Part shown: one piece after another, positions 24,716-36,737 of the stretch
Layout of the letters: every line of letters starts with the position of its first letter
How positions within the stretch are numbered: position 1 is the first letter of the stretch
Assembly: GCA_010093605.1 (NCBI GenBank)
Contig: MU004195.1
Span: 1,255,566-1,319,565, forward strand
DNA: 64,000 bases
Origin: Lophium mytilinum
Taxonomy: Eukaryota
Direction: 5' to 3'
Made by a program: the position numbers and the translations under genes
The notes under the pieces: generated by a model
What the model was told of the DNA's origin: nothing
Database searches by the model: none
Seen by the model: the letters and a program-made list of their open reading frames with translations, nothing else

Positions 24716-25849
24716 TCACTTGACCGTCTTTCCCGTTCCTCTCTCTTTCTTTAGTATATCAGTAATAGGCTGGTAGGCCTGATCCAACGCTTCCTGTGGC
24801 ACGCCAGTTCCCTCTACGGGTGTGTCTGGGTCGAATCCAGGCGGCGAAACGAACCATGTTCCGATCGTCCTCTCTCCAACTTTGCAGGTTTCGAAGACAG
24901 TTCCTCCGGGGTACTTGCCCTCCTTGATTATCTTCATGTATCCCTTCGCGACATCAATCGCATCGATGGCGATGTCATCGGTGTATCCGTACCGTGCTTG
25001 TTTCTCTGGGTGATTCAACCAGAGCGGGGTTCTTACAATGCTGAAGTAGTAGAAAGATTAGAGAGCTATGTTAGATGTTAAAGAGAGATAGTTTGACTGA
25101 CCCAGGTGCAATAGTGACGACTTTCACGCCCTCCAACCGATCCGTTTGGCCCATTGATCGAGTGAAGCCGATCAGGGCATGCTTTGTGGTGCAATACATG
25201 GGAGCAACATCCTGTCCCATATAGCCTGCCATTGAAGCCATGATGGCTACCACACCTTTCTTGTTCTTGCTGAGGAGAGCAGTGACGGCGATACGAGTGA
25301 GCTTCAGGGGGTGGTTGACATTGATGTCAACGTAGGCGTAGCGTTCATTCTCGTTGTCTTCCCAGTAATCTGACCACGGCTTTTCAAACGAACGACGTTA
25401 GTGGAGCTTCTTCTATATTACTCCGTTCATCTGGAATACTAGGTATGGGAAATTGGGATATCCCTCACCGGTTCGAAGACACCGGCTCCAGCGACGTAGA
25501 CATCAGGGACGTCTTCAAACTTCTCCTCCGACACCTTGACCAAATGCTTCAGCTCTGTCCATTTCGCTACATCGGTCTTTTGGAAGAAGACAGTTTTCGG
25601 GTTCGCTTTTACGAACTCATCGCCATCTGGCTGCAGATTGAGGTCTGCAATGATGACTTTGGCTCCTTCCGCAAGTACAAGCTTCGCAAGCTCGAGATGG
25701 ATGCCTTTGCTATAGTTAGTAAAATCGTTCTTGCTTCAAACTAGAGAAAATCACGGAATAAGCTTGAGACTGTTCTTACCCCCACCACCTCCAGTTATAA
25801 GCACGATCTTGCCATTGAGGTCAAAGTCGCCGACAGGACCGTGAGGCAT
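24716..25849 (-). CDS. Short-chain dehydrogenase/reductase (15-hydroxyprostaglandin dehydrogenase-like)
   Basis: KIVLITGGG..GI, VIIADL, AGAGVFEP, ASMAG, catalytic YCTTK, IAPG; multi-exon. Confidence 0.88.
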
Positions 25850-26040
25850 GATGTTTGAGAGGTTGAAAAAGGTGAATAGGTTTCAGGATACAGAGATAGC
25901 CTACAAGCTCAAAGTTGTAGCATAGATATTAGTGACTATAAATAGTTGGTTCCCGAGCTTCAATTAAAATTCAATGGAGCCCTGTATAGTAGGCTTCCCG
26001 AGGAACATGTATTGGTCTAGCATCCCGGTCAGGACACTCT

Positions 26041-26050
26041 CCGGCCTCCG
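26041..26050. promoter_or_regulatory. CCGGCCTCCG cluster motif upstream of the SDR
   Basis: CCG-N4-CCG about 190 bp upstream of the SDR ATG; identical to the site at 36738. Confidence 0.5.
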
Positions 26051-26223
26051 ACTATGGGTGGGATCATTCCGAAAAGATTCTGGTCCCTCCCAAAACGAGA
26101 CGACCAAGCGACCGAGAGGGTGAGCGAATCAAATCTTCTCTTCCCCCATCCGCAGACGAAGTCCACGCATCACCTCTCCGATCTTCTGCTCCCATTTCAC
26201 ATCATAAGTCGCCAAGCGGCTAT

Positions 26224-27333
26224 CTACTGTCCCTTCCGCGCATGCGCCCTCTTCCTCTCAATATCGCCCTCGGCTAGCCACCGACTCGCCTTCACAAGCT
26301 GGATCATGTTAATAATCTGCTTGCCCGCCATGACGGGAAAGGAAGTAATAGCCAAGATCCAGGGGATAGTAGAGTCCATTTTGTTAGCGCTATAATGGAA
26401 AGGTTAGCACGTACAGACGCGCAAATCTTAGATTACGAAATTTTAGGAGGGGTAGCTTTTAAGTAAAGATAGATATTGGACACCACATTAGAGAAAGTCA
26501 TAGACGTACCGGGCATATTCCATTGCGCCTGCCGACCACGGACTTGCAAATACCATAGAGCGTTCTACTGGCGCAGGCTTCCCGACGGGCAAGCTTGCAA
26601 GGTTATCCGAGGTCTTTAGGGTAGGCGAGAGGTAGGGCGAGGAGAAGGAGAGGAGGTAGAGCGCGATAAAGAAGAGTTCGTTCAAGGCGCAAAAGATGAA
26701 AAGGACTTTCTGGGGGGCAGTATCAGTTCATCTGTGCCGCGGGGACGTAAAGTGAGGTAGGGCGGAAATAAGGCTTAGGATCCGACGCACCTTATTCGTA
26801 TAATACATCTTCAAGACCCAACTCCTGCTCTCATCAACATCCTTGTGGCTCCGCCCGCTTTCCCCCATGCTTAGCGTCGCGTACATGTGCATGTAATGGC
26901 TTGCCAGATCCAGACTAATAAGGCCTTGGAATATGATGCTCCACCGGGGGAACGCGCTAGCAAGGAAAACAAGCAAACAGGACGTGGTGCAGCGATCTGT
27001 TACCATGTCCAGTACGATGCCGAACTTCGTCTCCTGGTCAAAGTACCGCGCCGCCATGCCGTCTAGTGCATCAAGTAGGCAGGATGCACTGTAGAGGAGG
27101 GAGCAGGTCCGGGGATGGAGCGGCATATAGTAGAGGGAAGCGATAGTAAGGACAACGCGGGAGTAGCCTGGAAAGAAACTATAAGTTGGTAGGGTTGCAA
27201 ATAAGAATAGGGGTTTCGTACCGACTAGGTTTGGATAGAAGAGGAAAATGTTCTCTTCTCGCTCTTGGGTTTGCGATCGAGCGGGCCTCATAGTGATGCC
27301 ACTGCCGTTTGCCAATGGCCGTGGGCCCGCCAT
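26224..27333 (-). CDS. PIS1: Phosphatidylinositol synthase (CDP-DAG-inositol 3-phosphatidyltransferase)
   Basis: ENIFLFYPNLVG, CDP-alcohol motif DALDGMAARYFDQETKFGIVLDMVTDR, LDLASHYMHMY, KQIINMIQLVKASRWLAEGD; stop at 26226-26224. Confidence 0.95.
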
Positions 27334-28078
27334 GGTAGATACACCAGTAAGGTCAAGGGCGGAAAATCCTCCCTGGAAACTAGCTTGAGCTTGTCCGACT
27401 AACACAATGATATGTGGCCTTGATTCGTGACTTGGGGATGTATTTTAAGACCCCTCGTTGAAACTTGACAATTTCTAGTGAGGTAAGTTGGAACCTGTGC
27501 CGCGGTAGTGAGCCAGGCACCCAGGGTGAGCACCTGCAGGTGGACCTAAGCCAAACTCAGCCACTGTGGCGTATGGTCACGTGAGCATATGGGGTTAAGC
27601 AGCGTGCATATTGGGGTATTCGCCAGCTAATCCGGGGTCTATATTTGAGAGGCAACTTTGCGCATTCACGGCGTGTATCAATCTACCATGATGGATTTGC
27701 AGGTTCCGAGTGATTACGAGCACACGTGGGCAGGCGTCTGTCGATCTTTAAGGAGAAGGATTTAGGAGGGATCATAGAAGAGTAGGTCGCTGATTCGACA
27801 ATCGATCAGGGAACATCATATATATCAAGCGGGCAACATCTGCCCACATGCTCTTGAAAGTTGAACCGAAGTTCGGGGAAATTCCAGATGCAGGGGCGGG
27901 AAGGAACTTAAAGTGGGGTATATGTAGGTTGCTTAACTCGTGCAATCTCCCCGAGGTCAATTTGCAGAGCTCGCGGAGAAATGTCAAGATTTTGACTGTG
28001 TCAAGAGTACTGAATTTATTCTGCAGGGTGACTGACGATAGTGACCCTCTTCCAGACGAGAAGCTGCTTGTAAAGCTC

Positions 28079-28887
28079 TCATCTTATAACCTTGCTAACC
28101 TTGGTCTCGATAATCATGGGTTTGCCCTCTTCAACGACGAAGTGAGCTGACCCCACAAACAGGTCGTGTTCAAGCGATTTAAGGTGCTCAGCTCCAGTCT
28201 AGATGGACAATTAGCTTTTGCATTCGAATGCTGTGATCCTGTTTACCTCAATTTTGATTTGAGTAACTGGTAGATAATTAGCCCTGCGCTTCAATGGTTC
28301 CAATGGTCACTTACATGCGTCTCCAAAGTCCGTTGTTGTCGCATCTGGGCTTTGGAGCAGAATCTTGACGAACTGCTCGGTTAGGCGAATAATTCCGGTG
28401 TAAGAGTACGAGAGGAACTACGGATCTCGTTAATACAGATATGTTTATTCGCGATCTTAACTGACTGCTCCGTCTACGGTTCTAGAAAAAGACGAGAAGT
28501 TAGCTAGGCCGTTCCGAAAAACGTCCAATGCCCCTTACTTTATCGCAGCGTTCACATTGATCCGTGCGTGCGTCTGTCCTGGTTCAGGGCGAACATAGTC
28601 CGACCCGTAGACAACTTCGCCGTCAATAGCTGGCTCGAAACCAGGCTCGCTCTTAATCGATCCTGTCACGATTGGCTGACAGGCCCGTTCAGCGTCGAGA
28701 AACGGACAAATTCAAAGGTGAGGCCTACTGTGATTTGGAGCCCACCACCGGTTGCGACACTTCCTGAAGGCTTATCAGTGAAGAAGGAGAGACTTTAACC
28801 GCGATGTATGTACCTACCGACATCATAAGGTATTGTTGCTTGGAGAAGAACAGTAAAGGCAGGCTGGAGGGAAGGGAAGCCGGACAT
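28079..28887 (-). CDS. DUF3237 / UPF0311-family protein (~166 aa, 7 exons; absent from the ORF track)
   Basis: Manual splicing: MSGFPSLQPAFTVLLQATIPYDVG|SVATGGGLQIT|PIVTGSIKSEPGFEPAIDGEVVYGSDYVRPEPGQTHARINVNAAIK|TVDGA|FLSYSYTGIIRL...TTTDFGDAF|TQIKIE|TGAEHLKSLEHDLFVGSAHFVVEEGKPMIIETKVSKVIR*. All six introns are GT-AG and in phase. Confidence 0.85.
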
Positions 28888-29209
28888 AATGATATTGAAA
28901 GTCTTGAGGCAAATACGGAGTGTCTCTGATGAATTAAGAAGTGAAAGTTAGGAGAGGAAGCAGACTAGGTTGATTAATATGTTCGAGCAAGTACCATGAC
29001 CAAAGGGACCGGGGAAGGATGCGCCTCTTCCGGGATGCCTGAACTACGGAGCCGAACGAGTATGTCTTGGGTACGCTAGTGTAGTGGTTGCCGGATTGCA
29101 CCGACAAACATTGAATAGTGAGATCTCATAGGAGCTAATAGTGCAAAATAGGCTGGCTATTCGCTATGATTCAAGATGCCATGGCGCATCTGCAGAGCAC
29201 TTTATCCAT

Positions 29210-29908
29210 TTACTCCAACCTGATGTTCTCTTCTATTTTCAAGCCACTAGTGAGATCCGCCTTTTGTGTAGCCATATTCACCGGGAACGAGAAATGCTCA
29301 TGCACATACTTCCAGTTGCCATCATCCCTCTTACGGACGAGACTCGTAGTGCGAAAAGTGAAATCAAAAGCGTTTCCATCAGCAGCTACTCCCCAATATC
29401 GTTGCAACGCAGTTGCATATCCAAAAGTCTCCGTTACAGCCGTGATCTCGAGGTCCTTAAACGCGATCTGTGCGTCCGCGAGATAGGGAGTGATGTTGTC
29501 ATAGTGGGGACGGAATCCAGGCCGTTGGACCGATCCCATCAGGTCGAAGTACATGGCCTCATCGAGGTCGTAGAACTTCTTCCCCCAATTGGGATGGTCT
29601 TTACAGTCGAAGTTACAGAAGTAGGCAAAGTCTTTGTAATGTTGAAGAATCTCCTCCTCAGCCCTCGCAAGTTTGGGATCGTGGTCCTAGCGTTTTGCTT
29701 AGTAAGTAGCTCGGTTCGGCTAAACTTCCCCTTTCCCTCAACGTTCTCCCATATCGTCACCACTCACTTTGTTTGCAGGTCCCGGAAGATCTTTGTGGAG
29801 CTCCGGGATGGTTGTCAGCGTTTTCTGCCACTCTAGTCAGCCTACTTGATGTCTGGATAGGTCCGGTATGTTCAATTCATTGCTCACCTCGTCCTTGAAG
29901 TCAGACAT
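29210..29908 (-). CDS. SnoaL_3/NTF2-like (ketosteroid isomerase-like fold) protein
   Basis: Three exons, MSDFKDE|KTL...NK|DHDP...; C-terminal FTFRTTSLVRKRDDGNWKYVHEHFSFP signature. Confidence 0.82.
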
Positions 29909-30268
29909 AATGATATCAAACGCTGTGTCGTTCTTTTTCCATCATTGTGTCCTCGGGTCAGCCCATCATTAAGACTCGAACCGGAGTACCACATCAGTAG
30001 CCGCGTAAAACTGAAGCCGGGGCAATAGCCTTGTCCTGAGCTCCGGGGAACCCACATTACGTCTAACCCAGCTCCCCGAATGGATCGACTTAGCCTGCGG
30101 AAGGCCGGAGAAAGCGCCCGCGATAGGTTGGAGGCTCTTTAGTATGGTGTGGATATGACACGTGTGGTCGTGTGCATCTACATTCATCTTGCGTAGTGAC
30201 CCTTTACATCGGCGAGTTTGGAAGAACCAGGGCGTGAAGAGCTAAACGATAGGGCACCGCAATCGATC

Positions 30269-32029
30269 ATGGCTATCCTCACGACCATTGAAAGTTTTCT
30301 CCCAGCAAAATCTCAGGTACCAGGAGGCTATATAACCTACTTGGCTGCCTCATTTGCGGTAAGTTTCCCAACTACGGCCATCATCACGTGTATCTAACGA
30401 AACGCATTAGCTTTTGATTGCGGTATACAAAGTATTAACGTATGACAAACGCCGTAAAAGCTTGCCACCTGGCCCGAAAGGGCTGCCCTTTATCGGGAGT
30501 CTCCTTGACTTCGCAGACGCCAACAAGCTTCCTGAAGTATGCTTAGGCTGGGCCCAGAAGTATGGCAAGATCTCTTACGCGAAGATTGGTGGTACCGATT
30601 TCGTCTTCCTTAACACACCTACGGTTGTCAAGGACCTTATGGACAAGCGTGGACAAAAGTATAGCGATCGACCACATATGCCAATGGCATTCGATGCCGT
30701 TTCCAACCAGAAACGCCAGTTTTTCATGCCATATGGTGACATCTGGCGTAACGTGCGAAAAATCAGCCACGCAGCTCTGAACCTCAAGACATCTTCCTCA
30801 TACAAGCCGGTGCAAGATTTTGAATCCAAGCAAGTGGTATATGACCTTCTGCATTCCAAGAATGATACCGACTTTTACGACATCAACCGACGGTACTCCA
30901 ACAGCTTGATCATGCTGATCACTTATGGCCGTCGCGTAGCCACTATGGAAGACCCGGCATTCCAAAAGATCTTCAAAGTTCTTGAGCATTTCACCGCAAT
31001 GGCTGAGCCCGGTGCTTGGTTGGTCGACGCATTCCCGTCCCTTGCAAAACTACCATCATGGATGGTGCAGAATTGGTGGAAGATTGGCCGAGAATGGCAC
31101 GCAGAGGACTCCGCAATCTACCTTGGTTTCTACCGCGAGCTGGTCGAGAAAGCGAAGAACGGCACTGCGCCCGAGTGTTTTGTTCGGGACTTCTACGAGA
31201 GCAATCCCGAAAAGAATGGCGTCGACGAGGAGGGTGCTGCTTACGCTGCTGGTACGCTGGTAGAGGCAGGGAGCGAGTCTACGTCTACTGCGATCAACAG
31301 CTGGCTTCTAGCATGCTTGCTCTATCCCGAAGTTGTCACGAAGGCACAAGCAGAGCTTGACCGCGTGGTTGGCCATGATAGAATGCCTACTTTCGAAGAC
31401 GAAGATAATCTGCCTTATATCAGAGCGATGGCCAAGGAAACTCTCCGCTGGCGACCGATCACCAAGATTGGCGTCAGTCATTCCACTACTGAAGACGACT
31501 GGTACGAAGGCTACTTCATCCCGAAGGGATCAGTTGTCGTTCTTAACTGGTGGTGAGTTGACACAGCAAGAATGTTCTGTTTCCTTTGACTACAAACTTA
31601 CGCACTTTTAGGTCAATCCATTTTGACGAGAAATTCCACAAAGACGCTCAAGCCTTCAACCCTGACCGCTACGTCAACGACCCTCTTTCCACAGCCGAAT
31701 GCCTTAATGCCGCCGACCCCAACGCGCGAGATCATTACACCTACGGAGCCGGCCGTCGGGTCTGCTCTGGTATTCATGTGGCTCAGAACTCGCTTTTCAT
31801 CAACATGGCACGGACACTTTGGGCTTTCAACGTGAAGAAGGCAAAAGGCCCTGATGGTAGAGAGGTGACACCTCCAGGAACCATGGAAGACGGTTTCCTG
31901 TGTGTACCAAAGAAATTCGCGTGTCACTTTGAACCTAGAAGCCCAAAACACGCCAAGATCGTGGAAGAATCCTGGATCGAAGCGGAGAAAGAAGGCTTGA
32001 GCTGGCTAAGGACCAAGCATAGGCTGTAA
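30269..32029 (+). CDS. Cytochrome P450 monooxygenase
   Basis: PPGPKGLPFIG, I-helix AGTLVEAGSEST, KETLRW, FNPDRY, heme motif YGAGRRVCSG; two introns. Confidence 0.95.
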
Positions 32030-32483
32030 GCTATTCTGGAAGACACATTCCATCACTGCATTACGAGAAGTGTGATGGCATATTGTTTTGAAGCTGAGTT
32101 GATTGAGTGCAAGCGGTGGTATTACTAATATTAGTCTCATTCACAGAAAGAGAGAGCTATGATAGAGTACCTATTCGACCGCTTTCACCTTTAATGCCTA
32201 AATCAATGAACGTGTGCTTTGTGCTATTGTGTATCCTCCAATGTTGGTGTTGACTTCAATTTATTTGCGGCTAGCTGAATATATCCCGCTATTCAATTCA
32301 CGGTCCAATCAACGGGCTCCACTTTTATTCCTTCACAACCGGGCATCATACTTCGAAATTTCTCTACCATTACTCCTGAACCCTGACTACCCCTCACTTC
32401 GGCATCAAAGAGCTTGGGGTGAAAGAGGGTCAACCTGCGTCTCATTCTCCATCTATTTACGCTCTTGGCCGGCGGGCATAATT

Positions 32484-32493
32484 CCGGGCTCCG
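32484..32493. promoter_or_regulatory. CCGGGCTCCG cluster motif upstream of the intronless RDRSWG gene
   Basis: CCG-N4-CCG about 300 bp upstream of ATG 32791; a GCGGAGG-N10-CCTCCGC inverted repeat follows at 32621-32644. Confidence 0.5.
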
Positions 32494-32790
32494 AGATACC
32501 AGTTTACATCCACTATACCCCAGTCCGTCACAACAGCTTTCCTTCTTCGAGCTACTTCGAGTTCAAGATCACGTACCGAGCTCAGGGTAGCACGGGATAC
32601 AGCCATTGGTAACGAATAATGCGGAGGACAAGATCAACCTCCGCGGATTCCGGGGTTGAGTTATAGCGATCTAATCGAAAAGTCAAGCATATAGCTCTCT
32701 AACTCTCAATACTAAACGTCAACCTCAAGTCACATTTCCCTTTCTTCTCATCTGAGCAAAGTAGTATCACGATCCCTCAATCTCTTCACC

Positions 32791-33867
32791 ATGCCAACCC
32801 AATACGTCCCCCCAGAAGCCGACTACTGGCTCCCCGTCCCGCCCCCCGGCGAAACATGGCACACCCACACCATCCACACGCACTACTTCGGCTGGAGCAT
32901 CCCCTCCGAAAAGCTCGGCTGCTTCATCTACGTCCGCGCCCAGCCACATTTCAAGCTCTGCCTTGCGGGCGTCTCCATCTTCCGCGGCATGAACAACCTG
33001 CGGCCCCTCGACTGCGAGCACTCCAACATCGTCAACACCCTGCCTTGGCCGACGGTCACGCCGAGCGGCGAGGGTGGTTCCATGAAGCTCGAGACGGAGA
33101 ATGGGCTGAGCATCGAGTTTCTGGAGCCGGGCCATAAGATGCGGATTGTGTATAAGAGCAAGGACGGCGCGACGCATTTCGATGTCACGCAGACCGGGCT
33201 TTGTCCTGCGCTGCCTAGGGGTCATGTGATGGCGGGCGAGGACCGTGATAGGCGTGAGGGGCAGAAGCCGGGTGGGTTGGAGCAGTTGATGCATTGCGTG
33301 GGCGACGTGACGCTGAATGGGAAGGAGTACAAGATCGACTGCTCCGCATCGCGGGACCGGTCGTGGGGTCAAGTGCGAACGGAAGACGAAGTCACTTTTC
33401 CCCCCATCGGTTGGTCGCCCATGGCATTCGGAAAAGAGCTCTCCTTCAACCAAGTCGGGATCGAGGATTATCAAAAGAGCACCCCGGATTGGGAGGGCGT
33501 GTTCAAGTATGATAAGAGCAAGCCGTCGCATCACTTTTCGTGGCTGGTGAAGGATGGCACGGAGGTGAGGAATGTTATAAAGGTGCATAGAAGGGTGCTT
33601 GAGTTTCACCCGCAGTTGCATTCGGCGATAAAGCAAGAGATTGAGTTTGAGGATGATAAGGGAGAAAAATACTTCATCAAAGGAGAGGCGATTGCCGTTG
33701 CTCAATTGCCCTCTTGGCCGAATAACGTCTTCGTGGACAGCGTGTACAGATGGGAAGATGATAAGGGGAGGGTCACCCATTGCGCTTATCAAGAGGCGTG
33801 GTACGCAAGATATCAGCAGTTTGTGAAAGGGTTGTTGGATATCAAGCCGAAGCAGGCAATCCCGTAG
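32791..33867 (+). CDS. Intronless 358-aa bacterial-type hypothetical protein (RDRSWG motif; DUF7064/DUF7065-like, probably CrtC/tocopherol-cyclase-like beta fold)
   Basis: Single exon with a good start context (CACCATG); motifs HTIHTHYFGWSIP, EQLMHCVGDVTLNG, SRDRSWGQVRTE. No kinase motifs. Confidence 0.75.
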   Translation: MPTQYVPPEADYWLPVPPPGETWHTHTIHTHYFGWSIPSEKLGCFIYVRAQPHFKLCLAGVSIFRGMNNLRPLDCEHSNIVNTLPWPTVTPSGEGGSMKLETENGLSIEFLEPGHKMRIVYKSKDGATHFDVTQTGLCPALPRGHVMAGEDRDRREGQKPGGLEQLMHCVGDVTLNGKEYKIDCSASRDRSWGQVRTEDEVTFPPIGWSPMAFGKELSFNQVGIEDYQKSTPDWEGVFKYDKSKPSHHFSWLVKDGTEVRNVIKVHRRVLEFHPQLHSAIKQEIEFEDDKGEKYFIKGEAIAVAQLPSWPNNVFVDSVYRWEDDKGRVTHCAYQEAWYARYQQFVKGLLDIKPKQAIP

Positions 33868-34467
33868 GGCGTCTAAAAGCAATGAAAGGCGTTCTGAACA
33901 TACATGACATTTTAAACGACTGAACTCAGCGCGTTTGTTACTCGTTCTTCCTCATGTCCATTCGCAGAATGCAAGTCTCTTGTGCGAAAGTACTGAAGTT
34001 AGGAGGTATCCTCCTTATGATAGTGTCTTTTGAGCCTAAGGTTTGAGTGAAGGGTCGAGGTCATACGGAATAGAAACAGTAATTTATATCACTGCAACAT
34101 CGATAAGCCATAGTTTCGAGCGTGAGTATTGAGGTAGCTGGAGAACAGAACAAGCCATGAGGTTTCTTCGGTTAGGTACACTGGCGAGCGACCTTTGTCA
34201 CCCACTTTGTCTTTCTGAGCATTTGCTAGGAAAATGAAACCTGTCAATACATGATGAACCTTCTTTAGCGTTCTTTGGAGCTCCAATGTTTCAAAACTTT
34301 CCAATGCTTGATGGACACGTTAATTCAAATTGCATCTCGCTCGCTAATGATAGTTCGCACCTGACTGCCGGAGATAATACGACTACATGTAGACTAGTCT
34401 TCCCATTCATAGCACTAGGAAAATTCGCTTACCGACATTCTATATAAACAGTGTGTTGTCATTATAC

Positions 34468-36582
34468 CTATGGCTTCTTCTCCTTCGAGACGAAAACCGT
34501 CTCGAAGAACTCCTCTGTAAAGTTCCCATCCGCATCCAGTGACTTCTGGGCCTCTTTCCAGGAGTCTCGGATGATCTCCACCCTGCGTTGGTCGCGAGGC
34601 TCGATCACAGCGCTATTTCTTGTTAGCTCGCGGGTAGAGGACGCTCCTCCTAGGATAGAGTACTTACGGGTAGGGTACGGGGCGAACGATGAAGCCCTGG
34701 GTGACTTCATCTTGGTTGATCGGGATAGGTACGCCGGCACTATCAAGCTTGCGGGAGAATTTGAACCCCCACAAGAGGCGGGAGACAGCGGTGAAGAGAC
34801 CTCGTTCCGCAACATGGAAGCCAGGGCATACGCGGCGGCCAGCACCAAACGTGAAATGTGGGCGCTTGCTCGAATCGGGATCGATACCGTAATTATCACT
34901 CAGCGTGTTCTCCGCACTGTGACGAGAGGGGTCAAACACCCGAGGATCGTTTTTGACGTTGTTGTTTAGAGTCCAAACATTGATGAACATGGATGCGCCT
35001 TTGGGTATTAGATATCCCTTGTAAATGTCGTCCTTTAGTAGCGAGTGCGGTACTGCAGCACTTAGAGTCGTGGGCATCCCTACTAAAGTTAAGATTGACA
35101 CACTGGAATGTTGGCAGACTTCATACATCTTAGCGACTCCTCGATGACAGCGCGGATATAGGGCAAGTTCTCCCGGTCTTCCCAGACCGGGAGTCGATCT
35201 GGTCCTACGACCTGATCAATTTCACGTTGCGCTTCTGCCTGTACCTCTGGGTAAAGGATCATAGCTTTGACGAATCCCAGCATAGTATTCCATTGCGTAT
35301 CTCTAGTTTCTATTAGCATTGAGTCTCATTGGTACGAAAAATTGAATCACGAACGTGGCTGCGCCGAAGCCATGAGCAGCATTGTTTGCTATCTCAACAT
35401 CGGTCAGTCGATCTTTGTCTTCGCTGAGAAGCATGTCACGTATAAAACCTGGAAGTTCATTATTCTTGAAGATCGGACCATAAGCGGGTACGTTAGCTTA
35501 CTTGGATACACTTTGCCTTCTTGGATGCTGGTCTTTGCGCCCTCCATAAGCTGCATGAATAAGTTCTCTTCGATGACCCTAATTCGTGCCAGCAGCTGCT
35601 TGTAGGGCATTAGGAATGTCGGACAGTAGCGGTAGAATGGTCGGAGAAACGGGAAAAAGTCGACGAGTTGCAGATTCGCGGCCTCACTTGTCAGATCCAT
35701 CCACTTCCTTCGGATTAGCAGGTATTGAGAGGAGGCTGATCATGTGACTTACATCCATCAAGTCCTTAACTCTTCCCCCACTACTCGTCGTCCTGAAGCC
35801 GTAGAGCACCGTGGAAGCTACACTAGTAGTGTACCGTTGCAAGTGACGAGAAAAATCATCGGGCACATCCAGCATTTCGTTTAGCAGCTGAGTGCTGTCG
35901 AACGCCTAAGATACATCAGCCTGAACTATGCAATACGGGCTAGACGAAACATACCTGATAGGGAATGTACTGATTTGCGACCGTTTTGTTTAAGCGCAGA
36001 TGGTACATTTTGCGTTGACGTCTCCAAACATCGTCATTACTGATTGCATGTTAGTGATCCGTCTGATGAGAAAATCTCAGCATCATATTTTACTCTCGAA
36101 ACGCAATATTCATGTTGCCCCCGAACTCGCGAATGAACAAGTCAGGACGAGCAGCATAGGTGTGGCCGCGTTTCTCCAATAGATCCTTGACGACTGTTTC
36201 ATCGTTCATGAGGACCATGGTCTGACCCGCCAACTTCAAGGTCATAATAGGCCCATCTGTTTTTCTATGTTAGACTGCAACGCTGAAAATGGGTACCACG
36301 ACCATTTCTTACATTCCTGAGCCCATTCCCTGAATTTGAAATGAAAGTCTTTCAGTGGCATCTGGTGGAGGTTACCAAGAATAGGGATTGTGGGTGGCCC
36401 TGTCCATCGTGATTAGAGCGAGCAAGGTAATGCTGGATACCAACATGCTACTCACCTGGAGGCATATTTTTGGGCCTCATTCCATAGTTCAACACCTTGT
36501 ACCCTACGAACGCTCCAATAATGGCGATAGCGAGCCAATACACATACGGAAACTCTGAGGTGGTGTTCTGAAGTAGCCCCAT
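34468..36582 (-). CDS. Cytochrome P450 monooxygenase (intron-rich, PatH/PatI CYP619-like)
   Basis: N-terminal TM then [58 protein letters not shown]. Confidence 0.92.
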
Positions 36583-36737
36583 GATTGGTTCAATTAGAAA
36601 AAAGGGCTTTACGAATGCTGTAATATGGGCTACACATGGGACCTATCGAGGCCACTGTGTTCGATATACGGTTGTCGTTGTGGTTGATCTGCAAGTCGGA
36701 GAGCTCGGTACAGCCTGCTTCCTCCCCGGCAAGCCTT

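Noticed and set aside
32767..33882. 371-aa antisense ORF covering the RDRSWG gene
   Set aside because: No recognisable motifs; long antisense frames are expected from strong codon bias, and the plus-strand protein carries the family motifs.
29210..36582. Patulin/yanuthone-type biosynthetic cluster (two P450s plus SnoaL plus SDR)
   Set aside because: No 6-MSA synthase, decarboxylase or other core enzyme in the window; the resemblance is only at family level.
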